A DNA stretch of 53,787 nt, from positions 1-53,787 of the IMG/VR virus record IMGVR_UViG_3300042465_006905; one strand, 5' to 3'. The stretch comes from a virus. Its lineage: Duplodnaviria; Caudoviricetes. Numbering within the stretch: the first letter of the stretch is position 1; each line of letters starts with the position of its first letter. A model generated the notes under the pieces. It ran no database searches and was not told the origin of the DNA. It was given only the letters and a program-made list of their open reading frames with translations. Both the position numbers and the translations under genes were made by a program. Positions 10,601 to 23,000 of the stretch are shown here, in pieces.

Positions 10601-11086
10601 CCAACCAACGAAGAATTATCAAACGCATACGGGACGCTGAGCAACTACAAAGCATTGAGTGACACTATAGTTTTTAATCCGGCCAAATTTAAACCATTGT
10701 TTGGAGACAAAGCAGACACAAGTCTAAGAGCACGATTTAAAGTAGTGGCCAACCCAAACTTGGTTACTAGCGAAAGCGAAATTAAAAGTGCAGTGATTGC
10801 AACTATCAATACTTATTTTGATATTAACAATTGGGACTTTGGAGAAACATTTTATTTTTCAGAGTTGAGTGCATACCTACATCAGAAGTTAACTCCCCTG
10901 GTAGCAAGTATTATCATTGTTCCAGCTGATCCTAGAATTTCATTTGGTGCCATGTACCAAGTCAATTGCGACTCAAATGAAATTATCACAAGTTCTGCCA
11001 CAGTTAATAATGTAGAAGTTATATCTTCTATTACAGCAAACCACTTGAACCAAACTAATAGCTCTAGCGCACAACTTGGAATTTAA
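7649..11086 (+). CDS. baseplate wedge protein, T4 gp6-like
   Basis: DFTSYDFETLR...DFNDF..SS....LID..A...ENFIDTAQR.DSV..L...GY.PKR, FGDG.F..IP, and AP..YYTQNRMITGEDY are gp6 motifs; the gene follows gp25. Confidence 0.85.
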   Translation: MALTTRQTNLLVQQDWTKIYQTFQSADFTSYDFETLRKTMIDYLRTTYPEDFNDFTDSSEYIALIDLIAFMGQSLAFRADLNARENFIDTAQRQDSVFKLSRLVGYSPKRNVAAEGYLKIDNISTTEQVFDSNGSDLTNLIINWNDSSNENWYEQMTAVLNATLVNTQVVGKPGSTDIINNIQTDAYGISIVPNQTPVYSFSSTVENRTVSFEAVSANTSGKSYVYEPAPIPRSIFNILYRNDNLGNNSNNTGFFVFFKQGALNKIDFSLSDAIPNRSVAINFNNINNTDTWLYGVTAQGVASQSWTQVSAVAGTNVIYNQTANRNVYQVNTRANDQVDLVFGDGVFANIPTGNFTFYYRQSNGLNYKITPNELNRVNIPIAYVSRTGRVETLTVTASLHYTIGNSSSAESLATIKTNAPQQYYTQNRMITGEDYNILPFSLFDTVVKVKSVNRTSSGVSRFLDVLDVTGKYSSTNIFCNDGYLYRDTNSIDSFNFTFETVGDVNEIVYDSIRPLLSLQKLTHFRYNTTPRYAVTDNTGTNPVYWSSLTNITNAGTGQLINASGSVLSFGKGASITTGNRNYVNEGALIKFTAPTGQFFSAQNTLKTGVAQYQGEKNYIYACVLRGTGLETNKQLSINQHIPAGAILSAVVPMQSTDFALDTKSGLYDNEVTATRLATAIRSYQSFALRYDLTTQTWRKIVSSNVNYGTFSLTNAGDTSGTGLDASWLISVVFNNNQFTVTTRGLNYVFESVAETTFYYDTALKVYDSKLARTLHDQITILKVNQQADSLSPIGQDITWQIYSNIVSSDGYKDPTRVLVTFQDSNNDGVPDDPDLFDTVVNSTVNPVRKLVFFKQIVDSNNNAFINLNPVDTVNVVLDYATLGDIKLAGAGYVPGQVFYASGENKFYSLTSTNPTVISSELTNYVAYTGRQSLSFQYQHVSPNNRRIDPSPNNLMDLFVLTKDYSSSYQSWLQDTSGAVAEPTPPTNEELSNAYGTLSNYKALSDTIVFNPAKFKPLFGDKADTSLRARFKVVANPNLVTSESEIKSAVIATINTYFDINNWDFGETFYFSELSAYLHQKLTPLVASIIIVPADPRISFGAMYQVNCDSNEIITSSATVNNVEVISSITANHLNQTNSSSAQLGI

Positions 11087-11089
11087 TAC

Positions 11090-14000
11090 ATGGCCGCCAA
11101 TACTAGTACCTTAAAATTTTTACCAGCGATTTTTCAGACTGATACCAACGAAAAGTTCTTAAATGCAACGTTGGATCAGTTGACCTCTGAAGCTGACCTG
11201 CGTAGAGTAAATGGATACATAGGTCGTAAGTTTGCACCTACTTATAAAACCGCAGATAATTATGTAGCAGAGCCAACTGCCGCCAGACAAAACTATCAAC
11301 TAGAACCATCTGTCGTGGTACAAAACAAACAAGAAAGCACAGTTAGTTTATTTTCAACCTATATTGATTTAATACAACAAGTATCGACCTTGGGTGGAAA
11401 TACTTCTGACCATAGCAGAATGTTTGCCAATGAAAGTTACACATTCGACGGTCTGTTTGATTTTGACAAATTTGGAAATTATAACAATTACTACTGGCTG
11501 CCCAATGGCCCAGATGCAGTGGATGTTTATGCCGGCACAGTGGACACAGAAGAAACTTTTGTTGTTACTAGAAACTTGGCAGTCAACGGATATAATTTTT
11601 CTGGCAAAGGCGCAGGTGCCAATCCAGTATTGACATTGGCTCGTGGTGGTACATACAAATTTAATCTTGGCCAACAAGGTAATCGTTTTTGGATTCAAAC
11701 AGAACCTGGTGTGGCCGGAACCAAAGCGTCACAATCAAATGTTGGTACTAGAAACGTATACGGTGTGGCCAGCAACGGCGCAAGCATTGGTCAGATTGTG
11801 TTTACAGTTCCTAGAAAAACAGCACAAGATAATTTTAGTCAATTAACGTTGGCCGCTACCGTGGACATAGCAACAACATTTGGGTACACACAAATACAGC
11901 ATCAACTGCTGAGTGTTTTGTTACAAACATATCCTGGTGTATTTGATGGCGTAACAACAGATTTAAATAGGAAAACTTTAATTTTTACAAATTCTGAAGA
12001 GGATGATTTAAAATGGGAAACACCCGGTGTATTTGATAAATCTGATGAACCGTTTGACTTTGTGGCCTACGATCCAGGTGAAGTTGTTGAAACCGCCGAC
12101 AGAAGAGGTGTGTGGACCATAGATTTACAAGCATCAGACGGTGGCGATTACCTGGTTGTACTGATACCTAGTGCCGCAGTAGAAATCAATCAACGAGTGT
12201 ATGTGTCCAGCGGTATCAACAATGCAAATCAACAATACTGGCTTGAGCGCACTAACTTTTATAGTCTTGTGCCTGAGAATACTGCCGCGTTGGATAGACT
12301 GTACTATCAAGACGGCAGCAACCCCAATTTATTTGGCTTGATTCAGATTGTTGAATCTGAAGGATACAGTATAGATGTTGCAAGCAACATAATTGGACAA
12401 AAATCATATACCAGTCCCAATGGAGTTATTTTTACCAACGGATTGAAGATTCAATTTGATGATACTGTCACCGATCCTGTGTATAGTGGCAACGAATACT
12501 ATGTTGAAGGGGTTGGAGCATCAATACAATTGATAAAAACAACAGATTTAGTTACTCCAGAAGCTTATGCTGTGGATGGACTCTCAGTTCCTGACTATAT
12601 CACAATCAATAGAGATAGCATAGATCACAATGCCTGGAGCAGAAGTAATCGTTGGTTCCATATTGATGTAATTCAAGCCACAGCAGATTACAACAACACA
12701 GTGGCATCTCCTGATCAAGCCTACCGCGCCCAGAGACCAATCATCGAATTTGAAGGACATCTGCAATTGTTTGATGCAGGCAGAGTGGCCAAAAAACCGG
12801 TTGATTTGTTAATTGATGACGGCACTATCACTGATGCAATGAATCAACTTGAAGGGACTTTAGTCACCGCGGCGCCAACTTCTGTACTGTTGGAAGTTGA
12901 GAACACAGATCCTACCTATGGTATAATTGACATTTATGCTGCCGGTGTGGGTTACGAGCTGAATGATATACTGACAGTAACAGGAACAATTTCTGCAACA
13001 GCTTGGTCAGCTGGTGCCACTGCCACAACTGGTGTTTATTATTCTTATAATAATAATTTGTATCTGGCAACAACAAGTGGCACATTTTCAACAGAATTGC
13101 CGGTGCATACTGCTGGAACAAAATCAAATGGAACTGTTTCTTTATTGTACTCGGGTGCAAACGCAACTTTAAAAGTTACAGAAATTTCTGAGACCGGAGG
13201 CGTTACCAAACTAACAGTGTCTGCAGGCGGCGCCTATGCAATTCCTGTTGTGTCTGGAATAGTTTTAACTGGCGGCACCGGTACCGGTGCAAGAGCCAAC
13301 CTGACATATAGATTACAAAGTGTTAATTTTGAATCTTATGGCAGCGGATTTTTCTATGATGCACAGCCAACAGTAACTATCGATTCTACTTTTGCATGGA
13401 CTGCTGGCGCCACAGCAGAACAATTTAAATATTATTCATATTTAGATACCACTGTCGCTGCCAAACCTATTACCTATTATTATCAAGCCACCAGTGTGGG
13501 AACCTTTGCTAGTACAGCACCATCGCACACATCGGGATCCACATTAAACGGAACAGTGAGTTTGCAATTTTTAGGTGTAACCAATATTCCAACTTGGCAA
13601 GCGCCCGATACATGGTCAACTTGGGCTGTATCTGGCACAGCAATTTCAAACAACTATTATACATACGGCAACAAGTATTACTTGGCAACAGGTGCAGGTA
13701 CCTTTGGTAGCACAGCACCAACACATACCACTGGGTCTGTAACAAGTGGAACAGTTCCTTTATTGTACAAAGGAAAGATACTCAATCTCAACACAAATGG
13801 CACGGCACTGACCTTGCCTGGCATAGAAACCGTGACGCTTAACAAGTCTAGAGTGTATTCGTTAACCTTTGCATCCAAAGGCACTGGCTACACAGCAGTG
13901 CCAAAAGTTACGCTGTCATCACCTGCAGTTATGACACCTATTAGGGCGGTATTTGCTGATGATTTTGATCCCAGTATACAAAATTCTATTTTTGTAATAT

Positions 14001-17000
14001 CCGCTGTTGACACAACAGGCGGTAGCGCCAGCGATACAAAAGTGCATTTGACACTAGCAGATGATTATGAAGTACTGGAAGGTAACTGTTTAAATGTCAC
14101 CAGTGGTGATAACGCTGGTTATAATTTTTGGTACACTGGATCAAGCTGGAATCAAGGACAACTAAAAACATCAGTAAACCAATCTCCCTTGTTTGATATA
14201 GTTGACATCAATGGTGTTGGCCTTGGGGATACCACATACTATCCGGTGAGCAGTTTTGCAGGAACTGCAATATTTTCTTACAAAGTTGGCACAGGATCTG
14301 CTGACAGAATCCTGGGATTTCCTTTAAGTTACAGAAATTTTAACAGCATTGGTGATATCCAGTTCACCAACAACTTTGACTCTGAAACTATAACCTATGC
14401 CAGTGGGACAAGTACAGTATCGGTTCCAGTTAATTATAATTTCTTAAAACAAAACACAAGTATCAGCGCATACGATAACAGAAACATCTGGACTAAAAAT
14501 ACAGAAGATACCAAACAGTATCAAGTATTTTCCTTTGCCTATACCACAAGTAATTATTTTCCTGTGGACATATTGCCTGAAGAAGAAAATACTATCCCTT
14601 ACACCAAGGTGTTTGTTAACAACCAATTACTAAAAAGCAGTGACTATTCTTACACTCTTGTGGGCAGTAGACAAACTGTCAGAGTTGATTATACTCTTCT
14701 CAAAGAAAATGACAAAGTTGATATTTTAATTTACAGTAGATCTGTTAGCAAAACAGGATACTATGAAATTCCCAACAGTTTAGATTACAACAGCAAGAAC
14801 GCTAACTTTTCTTCACTGACATTGGGACAGATTAGAAGTCACATAACCAAAATAAAAGAAAATACCAAATTGGCAGTGGATGTTGGCAGTACCTTCTCTG
14901 GCCTGCGGGATATTCGTTACAAAGGCAACGGTGGCAACATTGTACAACAAAGTGCTCCGGCCATGTACAGTAATATTTTCTTAACTGATAAGAATTTAAA
15001 CTTTGCACAAAGCATTGATTACTCTGCAAGAGAATATACAAGGTTTAAAAATAAGTTTTTAGAACTGGCGACCAAATTGGATATAGCAAATGTCACAGAC
15101 ATTGCAGCCATTGTTGATGCAATATTGAAGAACATCAACAATATTAAAAATAAAACTTTCCCTTGGTACTATAGCGATATGGTACCATATGGTGATAATG
15201 CCAACGTGATCAACTACAGCATTATTAATCCGCTGACCAAACAATATGAAATCACACAGGTGTTCGAAGACACCAAACTAAGCAACCTGGCTGTGTTGGT
15301 GTACTTGAATGGGGTGCAATTGGTCAACGGAATTGATTTTTCATTCCTACAAGATCGTAGTGCTATTTTGCTTGGTGATACAATCACATTGGTCGCTGCC
15401 GACAAATTAAAAATTGTCGAATATAACGATACCGATGGCAGCTTCATACCAGAAACTCCCAGCAAGTTGGGATTATATCCAAAATTTGTACCTCAAAGAT
15501 TCACGGATACAAGTTATATTACACCTGTAGAAGTTATTCAGGGACACGATGGGTCAATTACTCCCATATTCAATGATATTCGAGATAACCTATTGTTGGA
15601 GCTAGAGAAGCGCATATACAACAATATCAAAATAGATTACGACACACACATATTTGATTTGTACGATCACTTGCCGGGCAAATTTAGAACAACTGACTAT
15701 TCCTTAACAGAATTCAATCAACTGCTAAGTAACAAATTTTTGCGTTGGGTTGGTGATAATCGTGTAGATTATAGCACCAACGAGTATTTTGTATCAGGTA
15801 ATCCCTGGACCTGGAATTATAAAAAGTTTAAAGACAGAGTCGATGGAGCCATGTTGCCCGGCACCTGGCGTGCCATCTTCAGTCACTTCTTTGACACATA
15901 TCGGCCCAATACACATCCATGGGAGATGTTGGGATTTGGCAAAAAGCCAACCTGGTGGGAAGAACGATATGGTGCCGCTCCGTACACCGGTGGCAACACG
16001 TTGTTGTGGGACGACCTAGAAACAGGATATATCCATGCAGGACCCACCGCCGGAACTGACACCAGATTTGCTCGTCCGGGATTGAGTCAGATTATTCCAG
16101 TGGATGAATACGGCGATTTATTAAGTCCTGAAAAATGGGCAACCAGTACATTTGACAGTTTAAAAGCCAACAGTAGTTATAGTGTTGGTGATCAAGGCCC
16201 TGTGGAATTTGCCTGGAGAACTAGTAGCTACTTCCCATATGCACTTCAATATGCACTGGCCTTGGCCAAGCCTGGTTATTATTTTGGTAGCTTGATCAAT
16301 GTTGATCGTTACTATCGTAACACCACAATTGATCAATTGGTCAACACAGAATCTCGCCAACGAATCACACCAACAACAGTGGTAGTTAATGGAGATACCA
16401 CCGCCGGAACAGTAGTTCGTAGTGCCGGTTATTTGAACTGGATCAGAGACTATGTGTTAAGTTTGGGCATGAATCCAGTCACAGCAATTCGCACATATTT
16501 AGACACAGTCAATGTACAGTTGGGATATAAGGTAGGCGGATACACAGATAAAAACTTTATTCAACTGCTGGCAGAACAAGGCTCTCCAACTAATACCAGT
16601 AACAGTATCGTTATTCCAACGGAAAATTACAGTATCCAGTTGAACTCCAGCACACCAATACGCAAGGCTGTGTACAGCGCCGTGGTGGTTGAACGAACAG
16701 AAAATGGATTTACAGTAAACGGATACAATCAAAATAGTCCATTTTTTACAATCATACCCAGTATGGCCAATAACAATTTCTACATTGTAGAAGTACTAAA
16801 ACGCCGCGGTATAATTTATAAAGATTATCAAAATATAAAATTAACTGTACCCTATGGTTTTGAATTTAATACAGAACAACAAGTAGTAGACTTTTTAATC
16901 AGCTACGGTCGTTTCCTTGTGGCACAGGGATTTAAATTTGACACACAAGATGACAACCTGGGTGAAACAAGAAACTGGGTATTGAGTACCAAAGAGTTTT

Positions 17001-20000
17001 TAAATTGGGCACAACAAGGTTGGAAATCAGGTAGTATTATTGTACTAAGTCCAGTCTACAACGAATTGGTAAACATACAACCAGATGGAGTAATCAATGT
17101 CATTGACAATACTCCCAACGGTACAAAGTTGCTTGACCAAAACTCTGACTTTATTAAAAATACACAATTTACAGAAAGTCGTATAGGCAATAAATTTACT
17201 TTGAAGAGCTTGTCTAATCAAACAATTTGTCTAGCAGACCTAACAGTGGTACAGTACGAACATGCCATCTTATTTGATAATGTCACGGTGTTCAATGACA
17301 TTTTGTATGTTCCTGAACTGGGCAATAGACAATTCAGATTGAAATTGGTAGGTAGCAAAACAGGATCCTGGACAGGTACACTGAGCCCTCCAGGATTTGT
17401 GTACAACAGCACTCTAGTAGATGCCTGGCAGCCGGGCGTAGATTATCTGTTGGGTAGCATTGTTGAATATAAAAATTTGTACTACACTGCATTGACCAAT
17501 ATTGTGGCCGACTCAGAGTTTGTACAAGACAAACAATGGAGACAGATCAACAGCGGCGATATCAAGACTGGCCTGTTACCCAATTTCACACACAGCGCCA
17601 AACGATTACAGCAGGTATATGATGTTGACAATTTGCCCAGTGACATGACCTTGGAGGGGTATGGAACAAGCCTGATTGGATTCCGTAAAAGAGGTTATCT
17701 GAGTAACTTTGGCCTGGATGAAACTAGTCAGGTAAAGTTTTTCCAGGGATTTATCAAGGAAAAAGGAACTTTAAATGCCATCACTGGACTAACCAATGCC
17801 GCAGTAAATGAATGGACCAGTGGCATTGACATATACGAAGAATGGGCATTGCGTGTGGGAGAATATGGATCACTTACCACAGACCAAATTGTGGAAGTTG
17901 AGCTGGATGAAACAGTGATCACAGCAAACCCAACTGCGATACAATTTTTAGACAGTGGAGAAATTGAACCACTCAAAGATGTGGTCAGCTTTCACCCAAC
18001 TGACCTTTACAAAGCCCCAGCAGGTTTTACTAAAAACTTATTTTTTAACCGCAATGGCCTAGCTGAAACAATCAACGACATACAAACTGCCGGTTATCCC
18101 AGTTTGATTGATGTAGATGAGACATTGTTTAGTTTTACAAAATACAATGAACTAGATACAGTCATTGCCAAAATAGGCCCTGGATACTATATTTGGGTTG
18201 CTAAAGATTATGCTAATGAATGGAACGTGTATCGAGTTACCGAAACACAGATAAATGTAGTAAACCTGACTTACAATATTGATAATTTAATGACAGTTGA
18301 ATTTACAGATGCCCCGGGATTGGTACGCGGCGATATTTTTGCAATAAAGTCATTTGATTCTAGACTGGATGGATTTTATCAAGTATATACCGTGAGCGAA
18401 ACAAGAAAAGTTCAGGTAGCAATTGTGAACGACGGAGTTGGTGTCAGCACAGGGATTGACAACTCTAGATCTAGCACAATTAAAGAACTTAAAAATATCA
18501 ATGGATATGGTGTATATTATAAACTACAGTCAGCAAGATTAAGCAGTCTAACAGATGCCAACAACATCATTCCGCTGAAGGGATGGGAAGCTGGGGATAA
18601 ATTATGGGTGGACTCAGCAGACGCCGACGGTAATTGGGGTGTGTACAACAAAGTTGATGCTTGGAATTCAACTTCAGAGTTGTTGACTGACGAGTCCGCA
18701 AGTATAAACGGGCAATTTGGAACCACAATCTCCAGTAACAAATTGGCCAATAATTTATTTGTTGGTTCTCCGCAGTACACAAATATTGATGGATCCACAG
18801 GTATTGTTAAAACTTTTTCTAGAGTCGGCACCACAGTTCGCCAGACAAGCAAGTTTGATGCCCGCTCAAATTTAGCAGGCAATTTTGGACAAACAATTAC
18901 AGCGTCAGACTATGTTGTGGCAATAGGTGCTCCGCTGAGCAATTCAGCTAGAGGCTATGTTTACATACAGAACTTGGCAACAGCAGAGTTACAGATACTG
19001 ACCAGTAACACCGCGGCCACAGGGGATTGTTTTGGCAATGCAATTGCTATTGCCGACGACAATGATTGGATGTACATCGGTGCACCTGGAACCAACGCAG
19101 TTTATATCTATAACTATCAAGACAATGTGACAATCAAAAGCAACACAATCACATATGGATCTGCAGACACAGTGGGAACCACCTACACAACCGTGTACAC
19201 TCCGGCCAGCAAATATGCATTGAGCATCAGTGATCAATATAAGAATTATGTTGTAGATGTTGACTTTACACTGTCGGGCAATGTGATTAATTTTGTTAAC
19301 CCACCGACTGTGTTAGACACCAAAATCTCTGTGCTACAATCAAAGTACTATGAAAACACCGGAACAGTGCCAGTGCCTGTTGATGTGGTTGCCGGTGATA
19401 TGTTTGGAGATGCTGTGGCCACCACGGATGACGGCAAAACATTGATTGTTGGTGCTCCGGGACAGAGTAGTGGCGCAGGCGCAGTTTACATATTCAAACG
19501 ATTTGAAGAAAGTTATAACAGTAACCTGGACAACATATACGATTCTGCTAAAAACTTTGGTACTTATACAAAAGTATATATCAACGGATCTATACAGTCA
19601 AGTTCTACCTACACAATAACCAATAACACAAGACTAAGTTTTAACAATCCCTTGGCCTTGGGACAGGTTGTTTTGGTAGTCAGCACTGATTGGGTTCTGG
19701 TACAAAAAATCACTGAACCAACTGCCAGTGCCGGAAACCAATTTGGTAGTTCAATTGCCATAGATCACCTACTGGGATCCACATTCTATGTGTCTGCTCC
19801 CAATACTCTACAGGCAACTGGCGAATCTGGAGCAGTTTACAGATACTCAGACACCGCAAAAGTTCTAGGCAGTATCACAGCGGCGTCAACTCCCGAATAC
19901 ACCATATCATCAATTAAAAATGGTGGGTCTACTTTTAACAGCAACATTGGTATCTACATCAACAGTTATTATGTTGATCTATCCAGTGCTGTTGTAACAG

Positions 20001-23000
20001 CCAATGTGGCATACAGTCCAAGTATAGGAGACATGACCACATGGGCCAACGTTGCTATTCCGGCCGGATATGCTGATCCAGCAACTTGTGTTGATTTGAT
20101 CAACACGGCAAAAATACCATTGGTAACTGCAACAACCACCGCAGATGGATTTTTTACAATCTCTACCACAAATAAAGTTGCAAATAACAAATTGTCTATA
20201 GTCAACAATGGATCGAACTTGTTTGACCTGGTTGGAATAACACCATATGGATTAGATCAAGTTATCGCTCATCCTGTTGGCTCAATTGGGTTTGGCTTTG
20301 CTAGTAGAATAAAGTATAGTCCAGAAACAGCAACATTGTTAGTTTCCAGCATTGAAGATGATGTGTACTACGAAGCTGAAATTGACGCAGGAAAAACTAC
20401 TTTTGATCAAAGAGCCACACGAGTGATAGATATTGTTAAATCATCGGGTAGCGTTTTTGTTTATGAATTGTTGTCGGACGCAGAAACAGGCACAAACAAC
20501 ACAGGTATAATGAGCTATGTACAACATATTAAATCAACAGGTCTAGGCAGCAATGATCAATTTGGTATCGGCCTAGACATTAATAAAGATTTGATCCTGG
20601 TTGGAGCGCCTGGCAACGACAGCATAGCACCAGGAGCAGGTGCGGTGCATGTGTATACAAACATGTCTCAGATACAGAGCTGGAACAAAATTCGATACCA
20701 AGAAGCCAAAGTTGACCTTGACAACATCAACAGATTCTTTATCTATGACAAAACGACAGAGTTAATTCGAACAACATTAGATTACATTGATCCAGTAAAA
20801 GGCAAGATACTAGGCATAGCTGAACAAGATTTGGACTTTAAGACAGCACTAGATCCTGCGGTGTACAATGCCGGCAACAGGACCAACATATCTAACAACA
20901 GCGGATTCCATTGGAATGAACGACAAGTTGGTAAACTGTGGTGGAATTTAAATGACTTGAGATATATCGACTACGAGCAAGGCGATTTAATTTATAGAAC
21001 TAACAATTGGGGTAAATTATTTCCTGGCAGCACAGTACAGGTGTGTGAATGGATAAAGAGTAAATTTCCTCCGGCACAATACATCATCAATGGCGGCGAT
21101 GGCGTACCATTATATACAAATGTATATTGTGTTGTTACCACTGTAATCGGCGGAGTAATTACTCCAGAGTATTATTATTGGGTCATTGACAAACAAAGTG
21201 CCGCACCAGGCAAACACTTTAGCGTTTCTATACTGTCAAACATTATAGAAAATCCACAATTACAAGGTATTCCGTATGGCTTTATGTCCAAGAATAACGC
21301 AATTGGCCTGGTCAATGTACAAAATTATCTAAATGCAGTGAATTCTGTTCTACACATAGACTATCAAAAGTTCTATAACGACAATAGTGTACATACCGAA
21401 TATGAATTGGTTAAGGAAGGCCAACCAAATATTCAACTCCCCACCAGAATTATTGACAAGTTGATTGATAGCCTGTCTGGAATTGATTCAATTGGACAAG
21501 TTGTGCCAGACCCAACGTTAACAGAATCTAACAAGATTGGATTAAATACCCGACCCGTGCAAACTTTAGTAATTGACAGATCAATGGCTGTGGAAAACTT
21601 TGTAAAATATGTCAACGGTGTACTGATCAAGTATCCCATTGTTTATCAATACAGCCTACTAGGAATAGAAAAAGTTGATCCCGTTCCGCCATCCACTGAA
21701 TATGATAAAGTTGTAACAACAGTTGAAGACATTGGATATATCGATACCAGGGCATCGATAGCAAATGCACTACCTGTTGGATATCGTGTATTGGTCACTT
21801 CGGATAGTTCCAACAGCGGGCTTTGGACAATCTATACCTTAGACAGTGACAGAGTATTTGTTATCAGTCGTATCCAGTATTACAATACTGCATTGTATTG
21901 GGACAAAGTTGATTGGTATGCAGAAGACTACGATCCAACCGGTCGTATCACTTATACCGTGACAGCATATAAAGATATTGCCACACTCACATTGGCCGCA
22001 GGCGATATTGTGCGAGTTAACTATGACGATAATGGTCAGTTCTCTATTTACAGAACAACCGCAGATTTAATACTGGAACGAGTTGGCATAGAAAACGGAA
22101 CCATACAGCTCAAATCCACCTTGTATAATCTAGCCGCAGGACAAATGGGATGGGACGAAGATCGATTTGACACTGTGCGATTTGATCAAACACCCAGTAT
22201 TGAAATTCGCAACATACTAACAGCTCTGCGTGATGATATCTTTATAGATTCACTGGGTGCAGAGTTCAATAAGTTATTCTTTATCATTGTTAATTATATC
22301 CTACAAGAACAAAAATCGGTTGATTGGATATTTAAAACCAGTTTTATTAGTATCTTCCACAACCTAAGAGAACTAAGTCAGCCACCTAGCTTTGTGTTGG
22401 ATAACCAAGAGTACTATCTTGACTACATCAATGAGGTCAAACCATACAGAACCATTGTGCGTGAGTATGTGGTTGACTACACAGGCTCAGACACAGTTGG
22501 TAGCAATGTGACAGATTTTGATTTGCCAAGTTTGTATAACAAAACACTGGGCAAGTATCGCCCACCGAGTGGTGAATTGAGTGGCGATACCACACTAATC
22601 AATATCACACCCGAATACCAATATTGGAAACAGTATCACACTTATACCATAGACACAATTGAAATCAGTAATCCCGGTACTGGTTATGTGATTGAGCCAT
22701 CGGTCACTGTCACTGGTGGTGGTGGTACTGGCGCAACAGCAACCGCGGCAATATGGGGCAATGGGGCAATCAGATCTGTTACAGTAACTAATAGCGGAAC
22801 CGGTTATACTTCTAGACCTGAAGTTAGAATCAACGGAACAGGCACAGGTGGCTTGGCTGCGGCACGAATCGTTAATCGTACAGCAAGACAATTTGATAGT
22901 GTATTGAAGTTTGACCGCACAGCATACGACTCTGATGTGTTATTGTGGACCAGCGCCAATAGTTATGCCTCTGGATCAGTGGTTGCCTATAACGGTCAAG